In this document: piece by piece, positions 43,818-52,880 of the stretch
Position numbering within the stretch: position 1 is the first letter of the stretch
Layout of the letters: every line of letters begins with the position of its first letter
From: Verrucomicrobiota bacterium
GTDB taxonomy: Bacteria > Verrucomicrobiota > Verrucomicrobiia > Limisphaerales > JADLHS01
Direction of reading: 5' to 3'
Length of the DNA stretch: 64,000 nucleotides
NCBI GenBank assembly: GCA_013140495.1
Contig: JABFSR010000045.1
Location: forward strand, 825 to 64,824
The notes under the pieces: generated by a model
What the model saw: only the letters and a program-made list of their open reading frames with translations
The model's database searches: none
What the model was told of the DNA's origin: nothing
Program-made: the position numbers and the translations under genes

Positions 43818-45487
43818 ACTCTCCCATTGCACAAATCGGGAAATCCACGACTGCGGCGCTGCCGTTTGATGTCACCAACAGCAAGCCCGCAACGGGCGGC
43901 GGCAATTTCGGTGCTGAATTGGATCGCGCCACTTCATCGCGGTCACGCTTCGACCACAACACGGACAAGATTTTAGAGCGAAGGCCGTCGCAGCCTCGAT
44001 CTTCCAGGTTGGCCAGCATGAAACGTCAGACAAAAACCGACCTGACAAACAGAACCTCGAACTCGGTTATGCCGCAGGAAGCGAGGTCTGCCGCGTCGAA
44101 GGTGCGAGTTACCAACTCACCTGACACTTCGCACCCTGCTCCCCGCACCCCCGACGCGCAGCCCGCACGGGAACAGGAAGACGATTGTCTTGCTGGCGCT
44201 CTCGCTGTCGCAGCACCGGCAAAGCCAGTTGAGACAGTGACGGAAACAAGCGCGCCCGCGAACGGGGAAGAATTTGAAGGAGACAGGATTGTTTCTCCAG
44301 CAACAGGTGGTGGTGTGTCGGCTGATACCGAGGATGCGGCAGGCTTGAGTTTCACCGGCGGCGCGAATGCAGCGCTGACAAGCGAAGGCGAAACGCAAAC
44401 CGGCAAATCGTTGCCCGCCGGCTTTGAGTTTTTGCAAAAGCCAGAGGTCATGCCCGGATTGGCCGCCTCGTTGCCAGCGTCCGGCTTCGGCGCGCCAGAG
44501 CGCGCGGCGGCGGCCACCAAATTGATTTCAGTTCCAGACTCGCTGCAAAAACAGATTGAGCTTGTGACGAAGGATGAAGCCGCAATTGGCACAGGGTCCG
44601 GGCTTGATGCATCGCTGCCTCAAGTGGCTGCTGAAATTGGGTCCGCTGCGGATGAACTCTCATTGGAAGGCGAAGTCGCCGAACCAGGAGCCGCACCTGT
44701 AACGGATACGAATGTTTTGACGCAGGCTTCAGGTGACCAGCGACCCGCACGAGCCGTGCGCCGCGCCGACACTGCCGGAAATGAAAACGGTAGTGGCATA
44801 TCCGCTGCTAATTTAGCTGCAACGATGAAAAACGTGCCGAACAAGGATGAATTTGCCGGGTTGGGCAGGCAGGATTTGCCGGGTGAGAACTTTTCTGCCG
44901 GTCGTACAGTTTCCAACAACACCACCAAAACTCCGGTGGCGGAATCCTTGTTCACGATAGGAACCATGGCTACGGCAAAATCTCTTGATGGTCGCGGCGA
45001 GACAATCGCAGTGGATGACAGTACGAGATTCCAACCTGCGCGCATCGAACGCATAGGTGAAATTATTTCTCGTGAAGTGCGGATGTTCAAGCGCGCGGCA
45101 GACGACCAGGTGGACGTGGTTTTGACGCCGGACGCGAAGACGCAGATTTCATTGCGATTGCAATGGCGCGATGGCCAGGTGGAAGTGCAGGCGAAGTGCG
45201 AACTGGGTGACCACCGCGCGTTGAGCTTGCAGTGGGCGCAATTGCAGACATCGCTCGCGCAACAGGGCGTCAAGCTCGCGCCGCTGACCGAACGGACCAG
45301 CACCGGCTTCACGGAGTTTTTCTCACCATCAAGTTTTTCACATTCGCAAAACAGCGGCGGGCAGCGGCAGTCGCCGCCACAGCCGCCTGCGTCCGAATTG
45401 CCTTCCGCACCAATGGTGTCGGCAAGCCGTCGGGCCCTGACAACGAAAAAAGCGCCAACCAACGACCGTTTTGAAACCTGGGCTTAA
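43814..45487 (+). CDS. fliK: flagellar hook-length control protein FliK
   Basis: Long low-complexity Ala/Pro/Ser/Thr-rich N-terminal part. C-terminal Flg_hook-like DQVDVVLTPDAKTQISLRLQWRDGQVEVQAKCELGDHRALSLQWAQLQTSLAQQGVKL. Confidence 0.7.
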   Translation: MNSPIAQIGKSTTAALPFDVTNSKPATGGGNFGAELDRATSSRSRFDHNTDKILERRPSQPRSSRLASMKRQTKTDLTNRTSNSVMPQEARSAASKVRVTNSPDTSHPAPRTPDAQPAREQEDDCLAGALAVAAPAKPVETVTETSAPANGEEFEGDRIVSPATGGGVSADTEDAAGLSFTGGANAALTSEGETQTGKSLPAGFEFLQKPEVMPGLAASLPASGFGAPERAAAATKLISVPDSLQKQIELVTKDEAAIGTGSGLDASLPQVAAEIGSAADELSLEGEVAEPGAAPVTDTNVLTQASGDQRPARAVRRADTAGNENGSGISAANLAATMKNVPNKDEFAGLGRQDLPGENFSAGRTVSNNTTKTPVAESLFTIGTMATAKSLDGRGETIAVDDSTRFQPARIERIGEIISREVRMFKRAADDQVDVVLTPDAKTQISLRLQWRDGQVEVQAKCELGDHRALSLQWAQLQTSLAQQGVKLAPLTERTSTGFTEFFSPSSFSHSQNSGGQRQSPPQPPASELPSAPMVSASRRALTTKKAPTNDRFETWA

Positions 45488-45495
45488 GGAAAATT

Positions 45496-45954
45496 ATGCC
45501 ATCCGCAGCTTCAATTCTTGGGATCAGCACCACCAGCAACAACATGCCGGATGGTTCGGCGCGCTCGCCTGTGCAGGTGCTCGGACAGGATGATTTCTTA
45601 AAGTTGCTGGTAACACAGATGCAGCAGCAGGATCCGATGAACCCGCAGAAGGACACGGAGTTCATCGCGCAAATGGCCTCGTTCAGTGCGCTGGAACAGA
45701 GCAAAACAATGCAGCAGGACATGGCGCAGTTGCGCGCAGGATCACTGCTTGGAGATACGGTTACGGTCAAGGGCCTCAAGAATACAACGTTCACGGGCGT
45801 GGTGGAATCCGTGGAGTTTTCAAACGGCAAACCAAGTCTCATCATCGGGGGCGTTCCTTACGAAATGAGCGATGTGCTGACAGTCAAACCGACGGTCACC
45901 CAGCCTTTGCCAGCCATCGCTGCCAATCCGGCTTCATCCCAGACCACAAACTGA
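45496..45954 (+). CDS. flgD: flagellar hook capping/assembly protein FlgD
   Basis: LGQDDFLKLLVTQMQQQDPMNPQKDTEFIAQMASFSALEQ. Confidence 0.85.
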   Translation: MPSAASILGISTTSNNMPDGSARSPVQVLGQDDFLKLLVTQMQQQDPMNPQKDTEFIAQMASFSALEQSKTMQQDMAQLRAGSLLGDTVTVKGLKNTTFTGVVESVEFSNGKPSLIIGGVPYEMSDVLTVKPTVTQPLPAIAANPASSQTTN

Positions 45955-45970
45955 CGAAAGCGAGAGTCCT

Positions 45971-46207
45971 ATGAACGCATCAACCATGATGGTCGGTCAT
46001 GCAACACCAAGGCAGCTTGAGCCCAGCGACCTGGGTCTCCACATGGCTCAAGCCATGATCGGTCGCTCGGTCGAACTCAAGAGCGGGTCAAAGAGAATTA
46101 CGCACGGCATCGTGTCGGGCGTGTTGGAAGAGGCAGGGAAGCCGCGAATCGTCGTGGGCCGTCATACATACGACATGAGCCAGGTACTGGCCGTGACGCC
46201 CGCTTAA
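45971..46207 (+). CDS. small protein resembling the C-terminal (Tudor-like) part of FlgD
   Basis: IGRSVELKSGSKRITHGIVSGVLEEAGKPRIVVGRHTYDMSQVLAV parallels GDTVTVKGLKNTTFTGVVESVEFSNGKPSLIIGGVPYEMSDVLTV at the end of the preceding FlgD. Confidence 0.45.
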   Translation: MNASTMMVGHATPRQLEPSDLGLHMAQAMIGRSVELKSGSKRITHGIVSGVLEEAGKPRIVVGRHTYDMSQVLAVTPA

Positions 46208-46236
46208 TAAACAACAACAAAGAAAGCGAAACATCC

Positions 46237-47109
46237 ATGCTTCGAGCACTAAACTCAGGCGTCAGCGGCATTCAACAGTTTCAAAACCGCCTCGACGTCA
46301 TCGGTAACAACATTGCCAACTCAAACACCATCGCGTTCAAGGCCGCGCGCTCGGACTTTTCCGACGCGTTCAGCCAGACGTTGCAGGTTTCCAGCGCAGC
46401 GTCCAGCGGCGCCGGGCAGGCAGGCATGCAGGTCGGTTCCGGCGTCACCACCGCCGCGGTGAAAAACCTCTTCACGCAGGGCGCTCTCAACCGCACCGGC
46501 GTCGGCACCGACCTCGCCATTGACGGCGACGGTTTCTTCATGGTCCGTGATGCCAACAGTGGAGAAGAATACGCGACACGCGCAGGTGATTTCCGCCTGG
46601 ATTCAAACGGTTACCTCATCACAAACAAAGGTCTGCGCGTGCAAGGTTACAATGCGGCCAACATTTCAGCCGGTGCGGCGCGCGGCGATATTCAGATAAA
46701 TGACGATCTGGCCCCGGCCACCACCACTCCGGGTGCGGCCATGACAACCTTCAGCATCGGATCCAACGGAACCGTCAACATCCACATGTCCGACGGCTCG
46801 GAATATGTGACTGCGCAGATTCTGTTACAGAAATTCACCGACCCACAGGCCTTGCTCAAGGAAGGTGATAATCTTTGGTCCGGCATCGGTGCAGCTGGCC
46901 CGCTGGGCGGCAGCGGCGCCTCCACTGCTGAAGTGCCTGGAACAAACGGCCTCGGCAAGATTGATTCCAGCGCGCTGGAACTTTCCAACGTGGACCTTGC
47001 CAACGAATTCGCCAACCTCATCAGTACGCAGCGCGGATTCCAGGCGTGTGCCCGCATCATCACCACGTCCGACGAAGTGTTGCAGGAACTCGTCAATCTG
47101 AAACGTTAA
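46237..47109 (+). CDS. flgE: flagellar hook protein FlgE (short, Bacillus-type)
   Basis: MLRALNSGVSGIQQFQNRLDVIGNNIANSNTIAFKAAR.. and C-terminal LELSNVDLANEFANLISTQRGFQACARIITTSDEVLQELVNLKR. 290 aa. Confidence 0.8.
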   Translation: MLRALNSGVSGIQQFQNRLDVIGNNIANSNTIAFKAARSDFSDAFSQTLQVSSAASSGAGQAGMQVGSGVTTAAVKNLFTQGALNRTGVGTDLAIDGDGFFMVRDANSGEEYATRAGDFRLDSNGYLITNKGLRVQGYNAANISAGAARGDIQINDDLAPATTTPGAAMTTFSIGSNGTVNIHMSDGSEYVTAQILLQKFTDPQALLKEGDNLWSGIGAAGPLGGSGASTAEVPGTNGLGKIDSSALELSNVDLANEFANLISTQRGFQACARIITTSDEVLQELVNLKR

Positions 47110-47131
47110 CCCGTAATTCTCACGCACAATT

Positions 47132-47725
47132 ATGTCCGACAAGAATGCCGAAGCCCCAAAACCCGCGGAAGGCGCCGCTCCTCCGTCCGGCGGCATCAAG
47201 GCCATGTTGCCGCTCATACTCAACGTCGTCCTCATGCCGGTGATGGCTTACGTGATGACAGTCTTTGTGCTCCTGCCAAAGATCAATGGCAACGCCATTC
47301 ATGCCGAAGCGAAGTCCGAAGGCGGTGGTCACGGTGAAGCCACAGCCGCAGGTGAGCATGGTGAAAAACCCAAGGAAGGCCACGGCGAAAGCAGCAGCAA
47401 GGGTGGTCATGGCGGCAAGGAGAAAACCAGCGTTCCTCTCAGCACCAAGGTGCTCGTCAACGTCTCCGGCACCGCCGGCACACGCTACCTTCTCGTCAAC
47501 ATCACCCTCGTCGGCAAAAGCGCGACGTTGAAGGAGGAGGTTGAAAAAGCCGACGCACAATTGCGTGACGTTGCCTCGAGCGTGCTGGCAGTGAAAACGA
47601 TCGCGGACATTGACAAGCCCGGTGCGCGCAATCTTATCCGCACCGAACTCGTCTCAGCGTTCAATAGCGTGCTCGGCGACGGCATGGTAAAGGAAATCTA
47701 TTTCACCGAGTTCGCAATCCAGTAA
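47132..47725 (+). CDS. fliL: flagellar basal body-associated protein FliL
   Basis: N-terminal TM, then RYLLVNITLVG..LRDVASSVLAVKTIADI..ARNLIRTELVSAFNSVLG..VKEIYFTEFAIQ. Confidence 0.8.
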   Translation: MSDKNAEAPKPAEGAAPPSGGIKAMLPLILNVVLMPVMAYVMTVFVLLPKINGNAIHAEAKSEGGGHGEATAAGEHGEKPKEGHGESSSKGGHGGKEKTSVPLSTKVLVNVSGTAGTRYLLVNITLVGKSATLKEEVEKADAQLRDVASSVLAVKTIADIDKPGARNLIRTELVSAFNSVLGDGMVKEIYFTEFAIQ

Positions 47726-47732
47726 TAAAATG

Positions 47733-47807
47733 TCCCTCTCCCCCCTCCAACCCGCTCACCCTTATTGCCTCACAAGTGAGAGGGGTGGCTTGGAGGGGGG
47801 AGAGGGA
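47733..47807. repeat. hairpin repeat between fliL and fliM
   Basis: TCCCTCTCCCCCCTCCAA (47733-47750) is perfectly complementary to TTGGAGGGGGGAGAGGGA (47790-47807). An inner CCTCACaaGTGAGaGG hairpin is present. Confidence 0.9.
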
Positions 47808-47823
47808 GATACTCAACACCCAC

Positions 47824-48810
47824 ATGGAGACTGAGGGAAACAATCCGGTGCCGACCGAAGCCGCGACTACAGCGCCAGCCGAGGTGCCAGGTGATCTGAC
47901 ACCTGACACTCCGCACCTCGCACCGATCATCGAGCCTTACACCTTCCCTTCCCGTGAACTTCTCAACGGACCCGAACTGCGCAGGCTCACCGCCGACTAC
48001 AATGAAATCCTCTGTGTGCTTGCGCGGCGGTTTGCATCCTTGTTCCGGACGGAATTCGATCTTTCACTCGCCTCGTTCCAGACACCCACGTTCCGGCAGT
48101 TCGCCACGAGCTATCCGCAGACGACCCATTTCACGCTGTTCAAGATCGAACCGCTGCGCGGCATTGGTTTGATTGAGATCAATCCCGCCTTCGCACTCGC
48201 CCTCACCGAACGGCTCATGGGCGGACCCGGACAGTTGGATGCCTCCTCGCGCAATCTGACCGAGATTGAAATCGCTCTTTTCGACCAAGTGGTGCAGATG
48301 TTCACCCAGGGCTGGTGCGAACACTGGGCAGCTTACAAGCCCCTCAAGCCTGTGGTGATCGGTCACGAGAATGATTCGCGATATCTGCAGACATCGCCCT
48401 CCGATGCGCCTTTGTTTCTGGCCACGGTCAACGCGCATCTCGGCGATGTCTGCTCAAAAATTCAATTTGCTCTTCCATTCAGCTCGCTTGATCCGTTGCT
48501 CGAAAAAATCCGCGCCGAACTCGCTCCACCGGCGGACTCATTGCCGGGACCTGCTGCTGCGCCAGCCAAAGCCGCTGCGTGGAATCCGGCATATGACGAC
48601 GTGCGCATGGCCATTACCGCACAAATGCCCGGCCCGCAAATCACCGCGCGTGAATTGCCCAGGCTGAAAGTCGGCGACGTATTGGATTTGCCCGCTGAAT
48701 CGGCGAGCCAGGTGCAGTTGCGACTGGGTAATGCGACACGATTCACGGGCCGTCTCGGCAAGTGCGACGACAAATGGGCCGTGGAAGTAATCCAGGTTTT
48801 GAAAAGTTAA
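47824..48810 (+). CDS. fliM: flagellar motor switch protein FliM
   Basis: Internal ATG (METEGNN..) downstream of the hairpin repeat. LRRLTADYNEILCVLARRFASLFRTEFDLSLASFQTPTFRQF. C-terminal SpoA-like LKVGDVLDL. Confidence 0.85.
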   Translation: METEGNNPVPTEAATTAPAEVPGDLTPDTPHLAPIIEPYTFPSRELLNGPELRRLTADYNEILCVLARRFASLFRTEFDLSLASFQTPTFRQFATSYPQTTHFTLFKIEPLRGIGLIEINPAFALALTERLMGGPGQLDASSRNLTEIEIALFDQVVQMFTQGWCEHWAAYKPLKPVVIGHENDSRYLQTSPSDAPLFLATVNAHLGDVCSKIQFALPFSSLDPLLEKIRAELAPPADSLPGPAAAPAKAAAWNPAYDDVRMAITAQMPGPQITARELPRLKVGDVLDLPAESASQVQLRLGNATRFTGRLGKCDDKWAVEVIQVLKS

Positions 48811-48823
48811 GGGACAAGGGAAC

Positions 48824-49111
48824 ATGAACGCCTCAGAATATCCTCCAAACCTCGACATGGTGCTCGATGTGCCGGTGAATCTCACCGCCGAACTCGGCTC
48901 GTGTCATCTGCCGATGCGGGAAATCCTCCAGCTTGCGCCGGGCTCCGTGGTGCAGCTCGACAAGATTCCGGGCACACCGGTCGAACTCCGTGCCCACCAC
49001 AAGCTGGTGGCACGCGGCGAAGTCGTCGTCATCGAAAATCGTCTCGCCATCCGCATCACGGAGCTGGCGGTTTCATCAGCCGAATCCGGCGTCGCAAAAG
49101 CTTCCCAGTAG
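48824..49111 (+). CDS. fliN: flagellar motor switch protein FliN (SpoA domain)
   Basis: LDVPVNLTAELGSCHLPMREILQLAPGSVVQLDKIPGTPVELRAHHKLVARGEVVVIENRLAIRITEL. Confidence 0.9.
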   Translation: MNASEYPPNLDMVLDVPVNLTAELGSCHLPMREILQLAPGSVVQLDKIPGTPVELRAHHKLVARGEVVVIENRLAIRITELAVSSAESGVAKASQ

Positions 49112-49174
49112 TCGGTTCGTTTTCGTTTGGTTGATTGGCTTGTTGGACCGCTGTGGGTAAACTCCACGCCTGAT

Positions 49175-49336
49175 ATGTCACAAGCCACCCTGCCCGACGA
49201 GAATCTGACGTGCGATAAGTGCGGGCGTTTTGGCGCAATCGCTTTCGGTGAGCAGAAAATCTGTCCCGACTGCTACGAACACTGCGGCTCGTGTTGCCCG
49301 GAGCTTGGGAAGAAAGAAGCCGAACAGGGTTGTTAA
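49175..49336 (+). CDS. small Cys-rich (zinc-ribbon-like) protein
   Basis: MSQATLPDENLTCDKCGRFGAIAFGEQKICPDCYEHCGSCCPELGKKEAEQGC has CxxC..CxxC plus CxxCC. Internal ATG of ORF 49127..49336. Confidence 0.4.
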   Translation: MSQATLPDENLTCDKCGRFGAIAFGEQKICPDCYEHCGSCCPELGKKEAEQGC

Positions 49337-49372
49337 GATCGAAACACTCGCTGCCGCCAGCGCTCCATCAAT

Positions 49373-50335
49373 TCACTCCAACCCACTCGCCTTGCGTGCC
49401 CGTTTAAGCACATCGGTGGCTTTTGCCCGCGCTTTGGCCGCGCCATCAGCGAGAACCTTGTTCACATAATCCAGATTTGCCACCAGTTCGGCGCGCTTGG
49501 TTCGCGCGGCGGCGAAGTGTTCCCAATACACCTCAAATAGCTTCTTCTTCAGATCACCGTAACCCATGCCGCCGACGCGAAGCTTCTCCTCCCATTCCTT
49601 GCCAACGCTCACATCAATGACCTTGAGCAACTGGATGGCGAGGTTTTGGTCCGCATCCGGTTTAGGCTCGGCTGGAGTGCGGCTGTCCATCTTGAGGGCC
49701 ATGACTTTTTTGCGGAGCGCCTTTTCGTCGCCGAAAATCTCGATGGTGTTGCCGTAGCTCTTGCTCATCTTCTCGCCGTCAATGCCCGGCACTTTCGCGG
49801 TCTCGCCCTTGATCTGTGGCTCGGGAATTACAAATGTCTGGCCGTAGGTTTCGTTGAACTTGGTGGCGATGTCGCGCGTCATCTCGACGTGCTGCTTCTG
49901 GTCCTGTCCGACCGGCACAATGTTTGAGTCATAGATCAAAATATCCGCCGCCATCAGCACCGGATACGCGAACAGGCCGTGATTCGGGGAAATTCCCTTG
50001 GCCAGCTTGTCCTTGTAACTGGTGGCGCGCTCCAGCAAACCCATCGGCGTGAGCGTGGAAAGAATCCACGCAAGTTCGCAGACTTCCGGCACGTCAGATT
50101 GCTTGAAGAATACCGAGCGTTGCGGATCAAGCCCGCACGCCAGAAAATCCAACGCCACGTCCAGCGTGTTCTTGCGGCGCTCATCCGCATTGAACAGCGA
50201 CGTCATCGAGTGATAGTCGGCGATGAAATAAAACGCCTCGCCCTTTTCCTGCAGCTCGATGGACGGGCGCATCATCCCGAAGTAATTCCCGAGATGCAGC
50301 GCGCCGGATGGCTGGATGCCTGACAAAATTCGCAT
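49373..50335 (-). CDS. trpS: tryptophan--tRNA ligase
   Basis: MRILSGIQPSGALHLGNYFG (HIGH-type), KMSKS present. The internal ATG gives 321 aa. The 138-codon upstream extension in the track overlaps dprA and is rejected. Confidence 0.95.
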   Translation of the reverse strand: MRILSGIQPSGALHLGNYFGMMRPSIELQEKGEAFYFIADYHSMTSLFNADERRKNTLDVALDFLACGLDPQRSVFFKQSDVPEVCELAWILSTLTPMGLLERATSYKDKLAKGISPNHGLFAYPVLMAADILIYDSNIVPVGQDQKQHVEMTRDIATKFNETYGQTFVIPEPQIKGETAKVPGIDGEKMSKSYGNTIEIFGDEKALRKKVMALKMDSRTPAEPKPDADQNLAIQLLKVIDVSVGKEWEEKLRVGGMGYGDLKKKLFEVYWEHFAAARTKRAELVANLDYVNKVLADGAAKARAKATDVLKRARKASGLE

Positions 50336-50402
50336 TGGCAAAATATACCGGAGAAACGGCAACGCGGGAAAGCAGGAAACTTGTGACGATCCGGCATTTC
50401 CA

Positions 50403-51584
50403 ATGGAAACGCTAACCACGGACACGTCGCCTCCATGCTTGATTCCGATTTCAAAAGCCGCTATTCCCACAAGCATGGACTCCCGCGAAGCGCTCGTTGC
50501 GCTCAATCTCATCGAAGGCGTCGGGCCGGTTCGCGTGCGGCAACTGCTGGAGCACTTTGGCGAGCCGACGGCGATTCTCAAGGCTTCCAAAGCACAACTC
50601 CTCCAGGTGCGCGGCATCGGCGATGAAACTGCCACGGCTATTTCCGGTTGGGAAAAGAACATAGACCTCGAAGGCGAGATCAAACGCATCGCTGATTTTG
50701 GCTGTCGCATTGTAATCCAGCCGGATGAGGAATACCCGCCAATGCTCAAGGAGATTTATGATCCACCCTTCGTGCTTTACGTGAAAGGCTCGCTCACAGC
50801 GAAGGATAAAAGCGCCGTGGCCATGGTTGGCTCGCGCCAGACCACGCACTACGGAATCGAGGTCGCCCGCAAGCTCGCTTACCAACTGGCGTACGTTGGC
50901 GTCACCGTGGTGAGCGGCGGAGCGCGCGGCATTGACACAGCGGCGCATCAGGGTGCCATGAGCGCCAAAGGCCGCACAGTTTGCGTGCTCGGTACGGGCA
51001 TCAACATCGTCTTTCCGCCAGAAAACAAGGAGTTGTTTGATCGCATCGCCGAACACGGTGCCGTGGTGACGCAGTTTCCGTTCAATCGCAATGGCGACCG
51101 CCAATCGTTCGCCATTCGCAATCGGATCGTTGCTGGAATGACGCTCGGCACAATCGTTGTTGAGGCCAACCTCACCAGCGGCGCGCTGATCACTGCGAAT
51201 TTCGCGACCGAGTACGGGCGGCAGGTTTTTGCAGTCCCTGGTCGGATTGATTCCCCACGCAGCAAGGGTTGTCACGATCTCATCAAGAAGGGCGCGAAGT
51301 TGTGCGAAGACGCGGAGGATGTGTTGAGTGAGTTTGAATATCTGTTTCCGTCGAGCAACAAACCGCCGTCGCCCGGCGAAACAGGCGTGCTGCCCGCACT
51401 CGAACTTTCCGAGAACGAACAAAAGGTCTATGACGCGCTTCGGGCCGAGGACGAATCGAGCATTGATGAAGTGATCCGCCGCAGCGGACTGCCCGCCTCC
51501 GCCGCAAGCGTGACGTTGTTGAGCCTGGAGATGAAACGCGTCATCAAGCAACTGCCCGGAAAATTGTTCGTGAAGAACAGATAG
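50403..51584 (+). CDS. dprA: DNA-processing protein DprA
   Basis: LNLIEGVGPVRVRQLLEHFG, MVGSRQTTHYGIEVARKLAYQLAYVGVTVVSGGARGIDTAAHQGA, C-terminal winged-helix-like tail. The start is ambiguous (50403 or 50475). Confidence 0.85.
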   Translation: METLTTDTSPPCLIPISKAAIPTSMDSREALVALNLIEGVGPVRVRQLLEHFGEPTAILKASKAQLLQVRGIGDETATAISGWEKNIDLEGEIKRIADFGCRIVIQPDEEYPPMLKEIYDPPFVLYVKGSLTAKDKSAVAMVGSRQTTHYGIEVARKLAYQLAYVGVTVVSGGARGIDTAAHQGAMSAKGRTVCVLGTGINIVFPPENKELFDRIAEHGAVVTQFPFNRNGDRQSFAIRNRIVAGMTLGTIVVEANLTSGALITANFATEYGRQVFAVPGRIDSPRSKGCHDLIKKGAKLCEDAEDVLSEFEYLFPSSNKPPSPGETGVLPALELSENEQKVYDALRAEDESSIDEVIRRSGLPASAASVTLLSLEMKRVIKQLPGKLFVKNR

Positions 51585-51675
51585 GCTGGGGCGCGCACCG
51601 CCGAGTCCGCGAGTTTCGAGCCTTGCTTCGATGATCTGTCCATCAAGAACGAGAGCGAGGACGAGAAAAACAACA

Positions 51676-52746
51676 TCAACAACTCCCCGGCGTGACAAGA
51701 ATCTTCAAAGCATCCTCCGTCGGTCGTGCAGCGAGAGCCACGGCTGTTGAAGTTTGATCCAGAGCAAACCGGTGCGTAATGAGCGGACGCACATCCAACC
51801 GTCGTGAGAACACCAGCCGCGCCACCTCCTTTTGCAGAGTAAAGTCTGCCGAGTAACTGCCGAGGAAATCCTTCTCATCCACACATACCGATGCTGGATC
51901 CAGCTTGAAAACATCACCACGCTTGGTGTGGGCGAAGAGCATCAATTGCCCGCCTCCGCGCAGTAATGCCTGCGCTTCGAGTGCCACGGCGTCTGACGGC
52001 ACGGCGATGATTGCAGCGTCAAGTCCAAGCCCGCGTGAAGCTCGCGAGACAAGCTGTGACAGTCCATCGCCCGGCACGAGGTGCGTCCAGCGCGCTCCGA
52101 ATCGTCGCGCAAGTTTCAGCCTCGATGCCAGCAGGTCGGTGGCAATTACTCGCACGCCTTGGATTTGCAACAAGCGCGTGAACATCAGGCCGATTGGCCC
52201 CTGCCCGGCCACGAGCACGACATCACCCGGCAGAAGGTTCAAACGGCGCACGGCTTTGAGCACCGTGTTGACCGGTTCGAGCATTGCGCCCTCTTCGAAG
52301 GAATTCTTTGATGGAATTTTTACCACGCCCGGTAACACGAATGGCATTACGCGGACGTATTCTGAAAACCCGCCGCCGGACGGCTCGAAGCCGGCAGTGA
52401 TACCGGTGCGTTTGTAGGTCTCGCATTGAGCAAAGGCGCGGTGACGGCAGAAGTGGCAGTCCAAACACGGAATGTGATGATGCAACGCCACGCGATCTCC
52501 AACTGAGAAGCCACGCACGCGGGCGCCGACGCGAACGACTGTGCCCGACGTTTCGTGCCCGAACACCCGCGGCGGTGTCACTGTACCGTATTGAATTTTT
52601 TTGATGTCCGTGGGGCAAACGCCGCAGGTGGAAACCTTGACGAGCAGATCGCCCGCGCCGGTGCGGGGAACGGGCAGTGTTTCGGTGCGCAGATCATTCG
52701 GGCCGCGATACACCGAGGCCCGCATGGTTTTGGGAATATCGAACAC
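51676..52746 (-). CDS. zinc-dependent medium-chain alcohol/polyol dehydrogenase
   Basis: CGVCPTDIKK, FGHETSGTV, structural-zinc Cys cluster CLDCHFCRHRAFAQC, VLVAGQGPIGL. Confidence 0.85.
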   Translation of the reverse strand: MFDIPKTMRASVYRGPNDLRTETLPVPRTGAGDLLVKVSTCGVCPTDIKKIQYGTVTPPRVFGHETSGTVVRVGARVRGFSVGDRVALHHHIPCLDCHFCRHRAFAQCETYKRTGITAGFEPSGGGFSEYVRVMPFVLPGVVKIPSKNSFEEGAMLEPVNTVLKAVRRLNLLPGDVVLVAGQGPIGLMFTRLLQIQGVRVIATDLLASRLKLARRFGARWTHLVPGDGLSQLVSRASRGLGLDAAIIAVPSDAVALEAQALLRGGGQLMLFAHTKRGDVFKLDPASVCVDEKDFLGSYSADFTLQKEVARLVFSRRLDVRPLITHRFALDQTSTAVALAARPTEDALKILVTPGSC

Positions 52747-52880
52747 GCGGAATTCTTACCGGCACAGGAGTCAGATGAAAACAAAAACCTGGGTCATGCC
52801 GTTTAAGTCTCACGTCAATTGAACCTTTTGCCGTGCTACCTCACTTAATTGCTTGAAGCCACAGCGGGCTGCCGTGAACC

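Noticed and set aside
50336-50749. 138-codon N-terminal extension of trpS in the track ORF 49373..50749
   Set aside because: The TrpRS homology starts at MRILSGIQPSG. The extension overlaps the divergent dprA coding region and has shadow-ORF composition.
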